Virus record (IMG/VR): IMGVR_UViG_3300044993_000765
Span: 1-64,000 of that record
DNA: 64,000 nucleotides
Source of the DNA: a virus
Strand: one strand, 5' to 3'
This document shows positions 30,438 to 39,772 of this stretch, in pieces (position 1 is the first letter of the stretch; each line of letters begins with the position of its first letter). The notes under the pieces are model-generated. The model worked only from the letters and a program-made list of their open reading frames with translations. It did not search any database and was not told the DNA's origin. A program made the position numbers and the translations under genes.

Positions 30438-31144
30438 GGCTGCGCCCCTTCCGGCGCGCGCCCTGCCTGCGAGACGGCGACGAGCCGTTCCTTCACTTCG
30501 GACACGCCGAGCATCGCGTAGAAGTGCTGGCGATGGGAGTCCTGTTTGCCGAAGGACTGCGGCGACTCCATATCGACGCTGTAGGCGCGGTACAGCATCC
30601 ACTCGACAAGCGCATTATGCATGCGCGCGGGCGTCACCAGTCGGCCGTTGCGCGGGTCTGCATCGTCGAGGTGCGCGACCGTAATCGGCTCGGGGGCTTG
30701 CTGGCACACCAGAACGATGGAATAGGTCCGACCATCCTCCGGCACGGGAGGATCGACGAAGAACGCCATCGGGTCCTGCGGCGTGAAGCTGTAGCCGCGT
30801 ACGCTGTAGTCGCCGCAGACACTGATCGGGGCGCATCCGGTACCTGCGAACGCCTGCAACAGTCCGTCATCGACCTTGCGCGCGCGATCGGCCTTGCCTG
30901 TCGACCCGATAATCTTCTGCAATTGGCATCCCTCAGGCAACGGTCCCTGTCGCGCGCCAGGCGACAAGGTCAGTTCCGAAGTGTTCGCGTACAACTCTGG
31001 CCGATACAGGTAAACCTGTCGCTGCGCATCGTTGAGGTACTCCAGAAGATCCTCGCGAGGCCAGCGGGTATGCGCATAACCGGGCTCTGCATCGTTGAGG
31101 AGCCGTGAGACCTCCAGGATCAGATGTCTGGCGTATCCGCTCAC
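30434..31144 (-). CDS. Head-tail adaptor protein (DUF6682-like)
   Basis: RWPREDLLEYLNDAQ...ALVEWMLYRAYSVD, a pattern seen in podoviral adaptors. Confidence 0.7.
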   Translation of the reverse strand: MSGYARHLILEVSRLLNDAEPGYAHTRWPREDLLEYLNDAQRQVYLYRPELYANTSELTLSPGARQGPLPEGCQLQKIIGSTGKADRARKVDDGLLQAFAGTGCAPISVCGDYSVRGYSFTPQDPMAFFVDPPVPEDGRTYSIVLVCQQAPEPITVAHLDDADPRNGRLVTPARMHNALVEWMLYRAYSVDMESPQSFGKQDSHRQHFYAMLGVSEVKERLVAVSQAGRAPEGAQP

Positions 31145-31602
31145 AGCAATTGCGCCCCGCTTTCCCCACCATCGATTCTCTCGTTGCGCTTGGCCACTGC
31201 ACTACGTGCCGCCTGTCCCGTGCGGTTGAACACATCCTCGAATCCGCCTTCGATGCCACTGGTCGCGATGCCAAGGGGATTGCCCATGACATCGGTCTCG
31301 ATTGTGGGCACTGTGAGGATGGTCCCGACCTTTCGGATCGGATCCCCAGCCGGCTCGAAATCGACACCGTTGGTCGTGAAGCCCGGAGTCAGACCGGGAA
31401 TCAACTCGAACTCGTCGTCGCGCGGGTAAAGGTGTCCGTGTTCGTCCTGGAATACCATCATCGGCTCCCCCGTGTGGTGGAGATTGCGATGCATGTCCAA
31501 GGACACCGGCTGTGTATCCGGAATCAGGATCTGAGGCGAACCGAAGTTCGTCACCTGCCTATCTGCCTGCTGGGCAGGCGCCGATGGGGATTGATCGTTC
31601 AT
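31141..31602 (-). CDS. Phage hypothetical protein
   Basis: SD AAGGA; stop overlaps the next start. Confidence 0.55.
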   Translation of the reverse strand: MNDQSPSAPAQQADRQVTNFGSPQILIPDTQPVSLDMHRNLHHTGEPMMVFQDEHGHLYPRDDEFELIPGLTPGFTTNGVDFEPAGDPIRKVGTILTVPTIETDVMGNPLGIATSGIEGGFEDVFNRTGQAARSAVAKRNERIDGGESGAQLL

Positions 31603-31619
31603 GAAAGATTCCTTTGGAC

Positions 31620-31646
31620 AAAAGAAAAGCCCCGCTTACGCAGGGC
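31620..31646 (-). terminator. Intrinsic terminator after the lipase effector
   Basis: Minus strand gccctgc-gtaa-gcggggc-ttttctttt. Confidence 0.7.
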
Positions 31647-31681
31647 CGGGTAGAATTTCGTTCACTTGGAACGCAGCATTG

Positions 31682-34180
31682 TCATCCGCCGCCATCGCCG
31701 CCGCTATCGGCAGGCGGAGCCATCGTTCGCGAACCGATCCGCATCACCGGCCCACTCGGGCTGTCCAGACCTGCCGCCTCGGTTCGCGCCTGCTCCTGAG
31801 TCAGCGCCTCTTGGCGAGTCATCTGCACGTTTTGCGCAATCGCCGATGACTGCTCGATCGACTGCGAGAGCGCATGTTCCAGATTGATCGGAATTCTGCG
31901 GTGCGCCGGACTGTCGAGATCTCCCTGTACGATGAACAGGGTCTCAGGGCGTCCCGTCTGCGGATCGATGCGGCTGCTCGGCACGACATGATCGATGCCG
32001 GAGAAGTTCCATCCCTTGGCGGACAACGCCTCGGCGACAACGGAGGCGCCCAATGTCGCGCGCTCGTGCTGCGTCAGCCCCATACCGGGCGCGGTCTCGA
32101 TCCTCGACAATGCAGTCTGTGCCTGGAGGTAAAGCAGGTGCGCGGCGTGCCCGGGTTCGTTCAGCAGCGAAGGTTGCGGCGGGGTCCGGGTGTCTTCGCC
32201 GTGCAGCGCCTCCGACTCAGTCTCCGTCGGCTTTTTCCCGGGCGACGCCAGCGAAGGGTATTTCGCCATCAGCGCGGACTCGTATGCCTCCACCTTCGCT
32301 TCCACACTCGGTACCACCGTATCGTTGAGGTGCCGCTGGAACGACTCCATGCCGCTTCCGATGCCTTCCCTTACCACATAAGCCGTTTTGGGGGCCGCAC
32401 CAGGTAGGGCATGCGCTGCGACGGCATTCTCCTTGAGCGCATAGCCCGCAACCGCAGCCGCGCCTGCTACCGGCGCATACTCGCTTACCTGCGCCAGCCT
32501 GTCACTGGCGATCTCCAGTACTTCACTCAGCGACTTGCCCGCGTAGATCGTGGCATCACCCTGCAGTCGTGCACCCTTCACCGCCACCGTGTCCAGCACA
32601 TCGGCCACGGCGTCCGCGTTCTGCCGTATCGCTGCGGCGTCCTGGTTGGCGTCGCGCAGTGCCTGACCGGCTTCGGCCCGATTGCGCTGTCGCGCCTCGG
32701 TGCCGTCACGCTGCAGATCGTCCGCACGGCGGTCCGCCCAACGCTGTAGGCCGTCCGGCAGAAGGTCGATATCGCCGATGTTGCGCAGGACGCCGGCCCC
32801 GGCTGCCGCACTGCGCGCCCTCACTTCGCCCTGAAGCAGATCGATAGACGCCTCGATCGTGCCGGCGATTTCGCGGACATCCGACGAAGCCTCGCCGCTG
32901 GTGCGCACACCGGCCGCGGTCGCGCGCCCCAGGGCACGGCCTGCCTGCGCCTGAAGCTCACCCGCGAGGTTCGCGGCTGCGCGCACGCCATCGCTCTGCG
33001 CATTCAACGACGATGCATACAGCTTGCCGCCGACTTCGGCCCACTCACCGACTTCATTGCCCACACGCGCCGCCGCTGCCTCACGATGCGCGAGGTCCAG
33101 CAACGGACCAGCGAAGCTGGACACACCGGAGAAACTCGGCACGTCCGGACGCGGCACCAGCGCGCTATTGGGGTCGTCGGGGTCGCTGCGCTGCATCGGT
33201 CGCATCGGGACCACGCGCCCCGACGCCAGCGGCATGTCGCGCAGCAAGGTTTCGGTGTCGCCAGTCGCCAACTGGTCCACGAACGCACCGAACGAGACGC
33301 GCGCATGCGGCGGCATCATGTGTTCGACCCGCGCCTTCAGCTCGTCGCGCACCTCGTCGGGCACGTTCTGCAGGATGGTCGCACTGTGCCGCATCACCTC
33401 GGCCAGTTGCCGGTTGTGGAACGCATCCAGGCGATCGACGTTGTAGACCACGCCATCGCTGAGCACCTCGCCCTGGACTTGGTAGGCAAGAATGTGCGCA
33501 TTCGGATCGTAGAGTCGCGCACCTGGATTGCGGTCGACAAAATCGCGGGCGGTATCGGGATGCAGCGGCGCCGCATTGAACGTCACGGCACGTTCGCCGC
33601 TGACCGATACGGCCGCCGAGGCCAGGCCCCCTCCGAGAGAGTGGCCGGTGTAATCGACACGCACTCCAAACTGCCTGAAATCTCTCGCCAGCTCCATTGC
33701 GCGATCGTAGTAGTCGGTACGCGAGCCTATCGTCTGCGGCCCGTTGATGCCTGCGAAGTCTTCGAGCGTCGTGTCGCGCGTGGTGCCGTCCGCGAGTTCG
33801 ATCGGCCCGGAAGACCCTTTGAAGGCCACCGTGGGCTTGAAGCCCGGCCCAAGAATCTCCAGATCGGGCAGGTAGATCTCGGCGCGGAAACCTGATCGCT
33901 CTGGCTTCAGATACTTCGTGATCGCATCATTGTCAAGATGCGAAAAAGCAGTAACTTGCTGGCGCAAAAGATCAAGATTTTCACTGCCGCGTATCCATCC
34001 CGCCGGTGGCTGACCTTCGCCTGCTGCAGAAAGGTAGACGTCCTGGCCCAGGTAGGACATTTCAGCGTCGTAGTGCAACGATTGTAGCTTCTGCAGATCG
34101 GCCAGTGCCTCTGGTGTCCCAATGGATTGCAGCCGTTCACGGAGGACGCGACGGTGTTCCAGCTCTGTGGGGGACGTCAT
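31682..34180 (-). CDS. X-T4SS effector: (phospho)lipase with C-terminal XVIPCD
   Basis: YTGHSLGGG (GxSxG) and TFNAA. C-terminal PGHAAHLLY...IDHVV...LFIVQGDLDSPAHRR...SIEQSS. Confidence 0.85.
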   Translation of the reverse strand: MTSPTELEHRRVLRERLQSIGTPEALADLQKLQSLHYDAEMSYLGQDVYLSAAGEGQPPAGWIRGSENLDLLRQQVTAFSHLDNDAITKYLKPERSGFRAEIYLPDLEILGPGFKPTVAFKGSSGPIELADGTTRDTTLEDFAGINGPQTIGSRTDYYDRAMELARDFRQFGVRVDYTGHSLGGGLASAAVSVSGERAVTFNAAPLHPDTARDFVDRNPGARLYDPNAHILAYQVQGEVLSDGVVYNVDRLDAFHNRQLAEVMRHSATILQNVPDEVRDELKARVEHMMPPHARVSFGAFVDQLATGDTETLLRDMPLASGRVVPMRPMQRSDPDDPNSALVPRPDVPSFSGVSSFAGPLLDLAHREAAAARVGNEVGEWAEVGGKLYASSLNAQSDGVRAAANLAGELQAQAGRALGRATAAGVRTSGEASSDVREIAGTIEASIDLLQGEVRARSAAAGAGVLRNIGDIDLLPDGLQRWADRRADDLQRDGTEARQRNRAEAGQALRDANQDAAAIRQNADAVADVLDTVAVKGARLQGDATIYAGKSLSEVLEIASDRLAQVSEYAPVAGAAAVAGYALKENAVAAHALPGAAPKTAYVVREGIGSGMESFQRHLNDTVVPSVEAKVEAYESALMAKYPSLASPGKKPTETESEALHGEDTRTPPQPSLLNEPGHAAHLLYLQAQTALSRIETAPGMGLTQHERATLGASVVAEALSAKGWNFSGIDHVVPSSRIDPQTGRPETLFIVQGDLDSPAHRRIPINLEHALSQSIEQSSAIAQNVQMTRQEALTQEQARTEAAGLDSPSGPVMRIGSRTMAPPADSGGDGGG

Positions 34181-35100
34181 GGGTTCCCCTCATCGAGTTC
34201 TGGCAACAGGACTTTCGACTCGTCTGTTTCAAATCCGAATGCCTCCCGATCCCGCCGGTAGTGGTCCGGCAACGGGGGGCGCTTGAATCCCTTGTTCAGC
34301 ACCCACTGCTGGCACTTGATCTGCCATTCCCGTCCTTCTCCCGGATCCATGGGTTTCCAGAAAATGGACTCCATTATCAGCGATCGGTGGCTCTGGCCCG
34401 GCGGCAAAAAATTTCTAGGATTTGGGTCTGCTCCCTTTTGCAGCAGCCAGTAAGCTTTCTTGAACGCACCACGGCTAGAATAATTATGAAGAATTGTCCC
34501 GATGCCAGTGATGGCGTTGACATCAGCCCCACGCTCAACCAGTAGCTGCACGTTCTGCCACTGGTCCTGCCAGATAAAGGCTTGAAAGAGCAGCGTCTCA
34601 TTGTTGACATTCCGTGTATTCGGATCGCCGCCGTGATCGAGCAGATGACGCAGATAGATGGGGTCTTCCTGCTTCGCTGCCCATACCAGAGCATTGTCAT
34701 TGTTCCGCGCGGGACGATCTGGCGACACGGGATAAGGCAACGCCGCATTCGGATCTGCGTCGTTCTCCAGCATCGCCTTCAACCCCTCCGGATTTTTGGT
34801 GAAGATCGGCCACGCCAGCAGCGGCATGCCTTCGGGCGAGAAATGCTTGTCCGGATCGACGCCCTCCTCCTTCATCAGCCGACGCACCTCGGCGGCATCG
34901 CCAAATTCCGCGGCGACCGCCAATGCCTGGGCGCCCTTGTCCGGGTACCACGTCTCCAGGCTGCGGGTGTGCGCCGATTTGGCGGCAGGAGGCAGCGGCT
35001 CCAGCAGGCAGCCGCTGATTGTCATTTGCACCAGCAATAGGACAACAACCAGCAGAGCCTTCACATGCAGTTCCTTTTTGAGTAGAGGAGGCGGTTTCAT
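34177..35100 (-). CDS. Ankyrin-repeat lipoprotein, cognate immunity protein
   Basis: Lipobox ISGC and ankyrin repeats (LLDHGGDPN, LVERGADVN, LLQKGADPN). ATGA overlap with the effector. Confidence 0.8.
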   Translation of the reverse strand: MKPPPLLKKELHVKALLVVVLLLVQMTISGCLLEPLPPAAKSAHTRSLETWYPDKGAQALAVAAEFGDAAEVRRLMKEEGVDPDKHFSPEGMPLLAWPIFTKNPEGLKAMLENDADPNAALPYPVSPDRPARNNDNALVWAAKQEDPIYLRHLLDHGGDPNTRNVNNETLLFQAFIWQDQWQNVQLLVERGADVNAITGIGTILHNYSSRGAFKKAYWLLQKGADPNPRNFLPPGQSHRSLIMESIFWKPMDPGEGREWQIKCQQWVLNKGFKRPPLPDHYRRDREAFGFETDESKVLLPELDEGNP

Positions 35101-35210
35101 TGACGGTATCGCCCTTTTCTCATCGATACGATCCGTTTCGAGATACCCATTCCCTGTTTCAAGGCGGCATTCGGATACACATTACTGCCATAGACGGTCC
35201 TCGATTTCGT

Positions 35211-35813
35211 TCACGGGCTCCCGAAAACAACATTCGGTATATCTTCGCGCATCGCCCCTTGCCTGCCGCGCTGAATGTACATGATTTCCTGCCAGATTTC
35301 CTCGCCCATCGATCTGCTGAATGCGACACCGAGACGATAGCTCTCCTGCATTTGCTTCGGTGAATTTTCGACCAGCTTGCGGCCCAACGGAGACGAAAAG
35401 AATGCAATCAGTCCTCTGATGTCATCGCGGCTATAGTGCCGGTCGTAAAGCGCGGCCATGATCTCCATCAACTCCGGAAGTCTTCTCTCCATGACACGCT
35501 CAGAAACGGCCCTGTAATCCCGTGAGAGGGGTTTTGCAGACGCGCCGGCGTCGTCGCCCCCTTCTCCAGCGCGCATGGATTTCTCCGTTTCCTCGAACAT
35601 CATTTGATACATCCGCCTGAAGCTCTCCTCCTCATTCGTAAGTTTCATCAGCCTCACAATATCCGCATGTTTTTCGCCGGCAGCGTCCTGCGCAGACGCG
35701 ACCGGCATCACGCATATGAGTAGCAGCGCAGTCAGCCATCCCGCCAGCATGTATTTGATTCTCCTGTGACTTGTAACGTCGCGGCCTTGCGTCCCGCCCA
35801 TGTCTTCCCCCAT
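35211..35813 (-). CDS. DUF2059-like exported protein
   Basis: Signal peptide ending VASA-QD; LYDRHYSRDDIRGLIAFFSSPLGRKL. Start uncertain. Confidence 0.7.
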   Translation of the reverse strand: MGEDMGGTQGRDVTSHRRIKYMLAGWLTALLLICVMPVASAQDAAGEKHADIVRLMKLTNEEESFRRMYQMMFEETEKSMRAGEGGDDAGASAKPLSRDYRAVSERVMERRLPELMEIMAALYDRHYSRDDIRGLIAFFSSPLGRKLVENSPKQMQESYRLGVAFSRSMGEEIWQEIMYIQRGRQGAMREDIPNVVFGSP

Positions 35814-35879
35814 TAAGGTTTCTGCTTGGTTTGCAATACCAAATGATTCATGATCGCGTGCTTGATCGGTACCGCTTGT

Positions 35880-36005
35880 TCAGCACAGCACCCACAGCGC
35901 CGCCGCCAGAGCGCATTTGCCCGACCATTCCAGTATCTGCGGCCATTTTTTTCGCCACGACCACCACCACTTATCCGGTCGCATACAGATTGTCTGTCGC
36001 CGCAT
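35880..36005 (-). CDS. Small Trp-rich hydrophobic peptide (41 aa), not in the ORF track
   Basis: MRRQTICMRPDKWWWSWRKKWPQILEWSGKCALAAALWVLC. The ATG directly abuts the CsrA-like stop (TGAATG). Confidence 0.45.
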   Translation of the reverse strand: MRRQTICMRPDKWWWSWRKKWPQILEWSGKCALAAALWVLC

Positions 36006-36452
36006 TCATGCCGCTGCGCGGGGAGAGGCCGACAGGTTCACATGCCGCATCCATTCGCCCATCGTGATCTGCGGGGGGCATTTCCCTGCCGCGATCTGCT
36101 TCTTCAGACGGATTTCTTCGCGATCTACCGCTATCGATCGAGGCGCGACTACCCCGATGCGCACCTGCCTGTTGCGCAGTGCCGAAAAACCTAGATATGT
36201 CGGCTTGAACGAGACGCTGACATCTGCGTCTCCCACCTCAAAGCGATCCTGGCTTAGCAGGGTGAGGAGATAGAAAGAGGTCCCGTCGCCCAGAGCCGCG
36301 CCTCGCATTTTCACGCCGTTGACGATCAGCGGTACCGAAGGGGGCGCGAGCACACCCAGCATGACGTGGTAGCACAGCTTGTCGTAGACGGTGAGACAGA
36401 TACTGTCTCCGATGTATATCGTCTCGCCCACCCTGCGCGTGAGGATTAGCAT
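36006..36452 (-). CDS. Tandem-domain CsrA/RsmA-like protein (cassette A)
   Basis: MLILTRRVGETIYIGD at the N-terminus and QVRIGVVAPRSIAVDREEI in the second half; SD GGAG. Confidence 0.85.
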   Translation of the reverse strand: MLILTRRVGETIYIGDSICLTVYDKLCYHVMLGVLAPPSVPLIVNGVKMRGAALGDGTSFYLLTLLSQDRFEVGDADVSVSFKPTYLGFSALRNRQVRIGVVAPRSIAVDREEIRLKKQIAAGKCPPQITMGEWMRHVNLSASPRAAA

Positions 36453-36889
36453 CGCGTGCTCTCCTGCCGTGGCATTGCCCACTGTTGTGCCATATCTGAC
36501 GGATCGGCATCGCCCGTGTGCTCGTAACTGACACGAATTGCTGCGGGCGTCGCAATCCCGACATGAACACAGTCCACGCAGTCTGCAGCCAGCGATACGA
36601 CATCGCCAGGCAGCCAGATCGCGATGAGGATGTCGTCGATACGAAAACGGCGGACACGTCGAAGCGAGAAGTAGTAAGCCTGTCTGTCATTCGACATCGA
36701 TAGAGGACTGATCGTCGCACCATCGAAAAGCAGTTCCGACCCAACGGGCGCGAATACGCTGACCGCGATCCGATCCTTTTCCCGTCCGCTGACCGCGACC
36801 TGCACGTCATTGCCGACATGGACCACCCCTCCCAATTTGCAGGTCATCACCAACATGCGTCCAAGCTCCCTGTTCAGTGAGCGCGACAT
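36446..36889 (-). CDS. Degenerate tandem CsrA-like protein (cassette A)
   Basis: MLVMTCKLGGVVHVGNDVQVAV...VFAP. Paralog of 58268..58714 (FSL..VRRFR...WLPGDVV). Confidence 0.7.
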   Translation of the reverse strand: MSRSLNRELGRMLVMTCKLGGVVHVGNDVQVAVSGREKDRIAVSVFAPVGSELLFDGATISPLSMSNDRQAYYFSLRRVRRFRIDDILIAIWLPGDVVSLAADCVDCVHVGIATPAAIRVSYEHTGDADPSDMAQQWAMPRQESTRC

Positions 36890-37023
36890 GGCAGGGCCAC
36901 CCCGCCCGTCATAACTCAGGGACCAAAATACACCATTGGTTTATTATAATGCAACCGTGGTCTTTACATCTCCCGGCTCACGTCGTCTAATCCCTGCCGC
37001 CCCTCCTCTCCGACCCGGCTCCC

Positions 37024-37674
37024 ATGGATTCCTTCGCCCAGGCTCTTTCCGACGCCATCGACGACTCCGGCATGCGTGGTGACTTCATCGCCAAGCAGGT
37101 CGGCACGACTGCGAACCGCCTTTCGCAGTGGAAGAACGGTCGTCGACCAGTGCCGGCGCACTACGCGCCCACGCTCGCCGCCGTGCTCGAAGTGCCGCCG
37201 GAAAGGATCAGCAGCGCATATGCAAAAGTGATCGAAGCTGGGCTTTCGATTGATTCTGCAAATCGATCAACACCGATACCGAGCGGCAACGTCCGTATCC
37301 CGAGGCTCGCCGATTTCGGTCGACCCGAAGCTATGGACGACTGCTATCTCCTTGAAGTCATTGCGCGTCGGAAGCTGGGGACCACACCTGTCGATGACTG
37401 CCGCTGGGCTCTGCAGCCCAATGCGGCCATGTCGCCGCTGATCGAGCGGGACTGCGTGCTGCTCATCGATACGCGCGTCACCCGCCATGCCGACATCATG
37501 GACGGGGCGGTGTATGCATTCACCCTCTGGGGACGATCTGATGTCCGCCGGATCTTCGTCAGGCGAGATCAGTTGCTGCTGGCTGCCCATAGCTCTGAAG
37601 TCGAGCGCATCGAAGTCCATGGCGATGATTTGGCTGATCTCCATCTGCATGGCATGGTTGTGGGCTGGCTTTGA
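37024..37674 (+). CDS. XRE HTH plus degenerate S24 domain repressor (cassette A)
   Basis: HTH LSQWKNGRRPVP. S24-like AAMSPLI...VLLID...DGAVYAF...VRRI. Confidence 0.8.
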   Translation: MDSFAQALSDAIDDSGMRGDFIAKQVGTTANRLSQWKNGRRPVPAHYAPTLAAVLEVPPERISSAYAKVIEAGLSIDSANRSTPIPSGNVRIPRLADFGRPEAMDDCYLLEVIARRKLGTTPVDDCRWALQPNAAMSPLIERDCVLLIDTRVTRHADIMDGAVYAFTLWGRSDVRRIFVRRDQLLLAAHSSEVERIEVHGDDLADLHLHGMVVGWL

Positions 37675-37777
37675 AAGCCCGCAAGCTTGCGACTTCCGGC
37701 GCAGTTTGCTTTACGATCCGTAGCAGTCCACAAATTCGGGACCGGCAAGCGGCGCCAGGACGCAGGGGAACTGAGGC

Positions 37778-39334
37778 ATGGAAGGCAACAGATGGATCAT
37801 GTTCGGCAGAGGCCTGTCAGCGTCGGCGGGCTACTGCGCGGCCTATTGGCTTCTGTGGCAAGCATCCTTTGACCAGTGGTTCCTCCCGGCAGGTTTGCGG
37901 GCGACGGTCTTTCTGCTCGCCCCCTTGCGATATTGGCCCTATCTGCTGGTCGGCGACGCTGCCGCTCTACTCATCATCCGAGCCCCCATGGCCAGTGATT
38001 ATGGAGCGACTTGGGCTTACCTCAGCCCGTTCTTGCTCGCGCCCTGGGTCACTTCCGCCGTATTGTCGCTAAGAAGGCTTCTGCCTACCCTAGAACGGCA
38101 GGTATCGTGGCTCCCTGCCGCGGGCATTGCCTTGGCCATCTGGGGGACGCTCGGGAACGTCGCCATCAACGCCGTCCTGTCCGGCCCGTCTTCCTTCGAT
38201 ACTTTCGACAAGGCTTCGAACTTTGCGGTCGGGAATTACCTCGGGATTCTGCTCCTCGCGCTCCCGGGTTACTTCTTCACGATGGGCAAGCACCGGAAGT
38301 TGAAAGGCAGCATCTTCATTCGCGACACCGGAATCGGAGTTCTGCTGGTCGTCGGAATCTACGCAGCGATCTCTCTTTACGACTTCAGCATGACATCAAG
38401 GCAAGTCCTGATGATGTTGATGTTTCTGCCGGCGGCAGGCTTGACGCTTCTGCACGGATGGAGAGGGGCGGCAGCCGGCGTGTTCATGGTCAACCTCGCG
38501 ATCGCGCAGACCATGACCTATACAGGAGAAGAAGCCACCCGAGACCTTGATGTCTTTGTCGTCCAGTGCGCATTGACCATCGCCGCGATCGTCCTTCTGG
38601 CGATTGGAACGAAGATTTCTTTACTCTACAACCGCGCGAGGCAGCTTGGCATTTCCGAAAAGCGCGCCCTGGAAATGACTCGCTCCAGCCTTTTCATCGG
38701 CGAAAACAACCTGCGTGAACAGGTGCTCTTCATGGCGCAGATGCATGTCTACATGCACGAGCAACGGACACAACTGGTCGAACTATACAGGGCGCAGGGC
38801 AAATTCACGGAAGCGATGCTACTGAACAGCGCAACCGTAGAACACATGCAATCTTTCGAGAGTCGCGCCGCTGCGATTTACCCATTGAAGATCGAAGAAG
38901 TCGGACTCTATCGCGTCATTTTTCCGGATGCCTTCACCGATTTCTGGGCGGGAGATGCAGAGGTCATCTACTCTAACGCAGTCGGCATGCCGCGCACTCT
39001 TTCTGTCGACCTGCAACTGACCGCTTATCGCTGTATCTGCAATGCCTTTACGGTGCTCGCCCAAAGCGCACCGAAGCAATACGTCGTCAAACTGCGCACA
39101 TGGAAACGGCGCGGACATCGCGGTATCGTGTTCAAGGTCATCGCAAACTACGCAGGCTCGCCTCAGATCACACGATCCGGTGCGATGGCCGAGATCGATC
39201 TCGAACGGAGAGTCAAGGCGTATGGAGGCGCCATGGCGCGCAAGCAGCTTCACTGCGTCCATGTGATGCTATGGGAGCCGACGACTGACGAATCGGCTCC
39301 CACAGCAGACGAGGTCCTGCCGTCAGAAAGATGA
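37778..39334 (+). CDS. MASE1 membrane sensor with degenerate HisKA_3/HATPase (cassette A)
   Basis: WFLPAGLR...YWPYL, many TM segments and HGWRGAA. Kinase remnants IYPLKIEEVGL, AYRCICNA and RVKAYGG. Confidence 0.8.
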   Translation: MEGNRWIMFGRGLSASAGYCAAYWLLWQASFDQWFLPAGLRATVFLLAPLRYWPYLLVGDAAALLIIRAPMASDYGATWAYLSPFLLAPWVTSAVLSLRRLLPTLERQVSWLPAAGIALAIWGTLGNVAINAVLSGPSSFDTFDKASNFAVGNYLGILLLALPGYFFTMGKHRKLKGSIFIRDTGIGVLLVVGIYAAISLYDFSMTSRQVLMMLMFLPAAGLTLLHGWRGAAAGVFMVNLAIAQTMTYTGEEATRDLDVFVVQCALTIAAIVLLAIGTKISLLYNRARQLGISEKRALEMTRSSLFIGENNLREQVLFMAQMHVYMHEQRTQLVELYRAQGKFTEAMLLNSATVEHMQSFESRAAAIYPLKIEEVGLYRVIFPDAFTDFWAGDAEVIYSNAVGMPRTLSVDLQLTAYRCICNAFTVLAQSAPKQYVVKLRTWKRRGHRGIVFKVIANYAGSPQITRSGAMAEIDLERRVKAYGGAMARKQLHCVHVMLWEPTTDESAPTADEVLPSER

Positions 39335-39772
39335 CGGTGTGCGCACCTGCCAGCGTTGGGTCGCGCCATCCTGGTACAGGATCACTTCCACGTCTTCCGA
39401 GCGGAACAGGACCTTGGGCACGCCAGCCGGCTGTGTTTCCGCCTGGATGGTCACGCGATCGACATCGCTCCCGATTGGCATGGTCCAGAACGTGTCGCCG
39501 ATACGGCCCACGGCCGCTCGGACATTGCCGTATTGGTCATTGATCTGGGTATAGCGAATGCCGTCCCTCTGGAATTCGTAGACCTGCCACGCGGCATCCG
39601 CTGCGAGATCCGGCGCAACCGGGAACTCCTGGCCGAGACCGGATTGGGCAGCCGGAGCCCCGGCCCCATCGCTGGGACACCCGCACTTTGCATGGACCAC
39701 CGGGGTCGCGAGAACAGCCATCAGGCCGATGAGCGTGAGACCGCGCGTTCTTGAAGCAACCTTGAAAATCAT
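39323..39772 (-). CDS. Small secreted CGCP protein (cassette A)
   Basis: SD AAGGAG and signal peptide ending VHA-KCGCP. Aligns without gaps to 61192..61644. Confidence 0.8.
   Translation of the reverse strand: MIFKVASRTRGLTLIGLMAVLATPVVHAKCGCPSDGAGAPAAQSGLGQEFPVAPDLAADAAWQVYEFQRDGIRYTQINDQYGNVRAAVGRIGDTFWTMPIGSDVDRVTIQAETQPAGVPKVLFRSEDVEVILYQDGATQRWQVRTPSSF

Noticed and set aside
37778-39334. Canonical two-component histidine kinase or diguanylate cyclase
   Set aside because: No H-box, G-boxes or GGDEF motif, and no response regulator.
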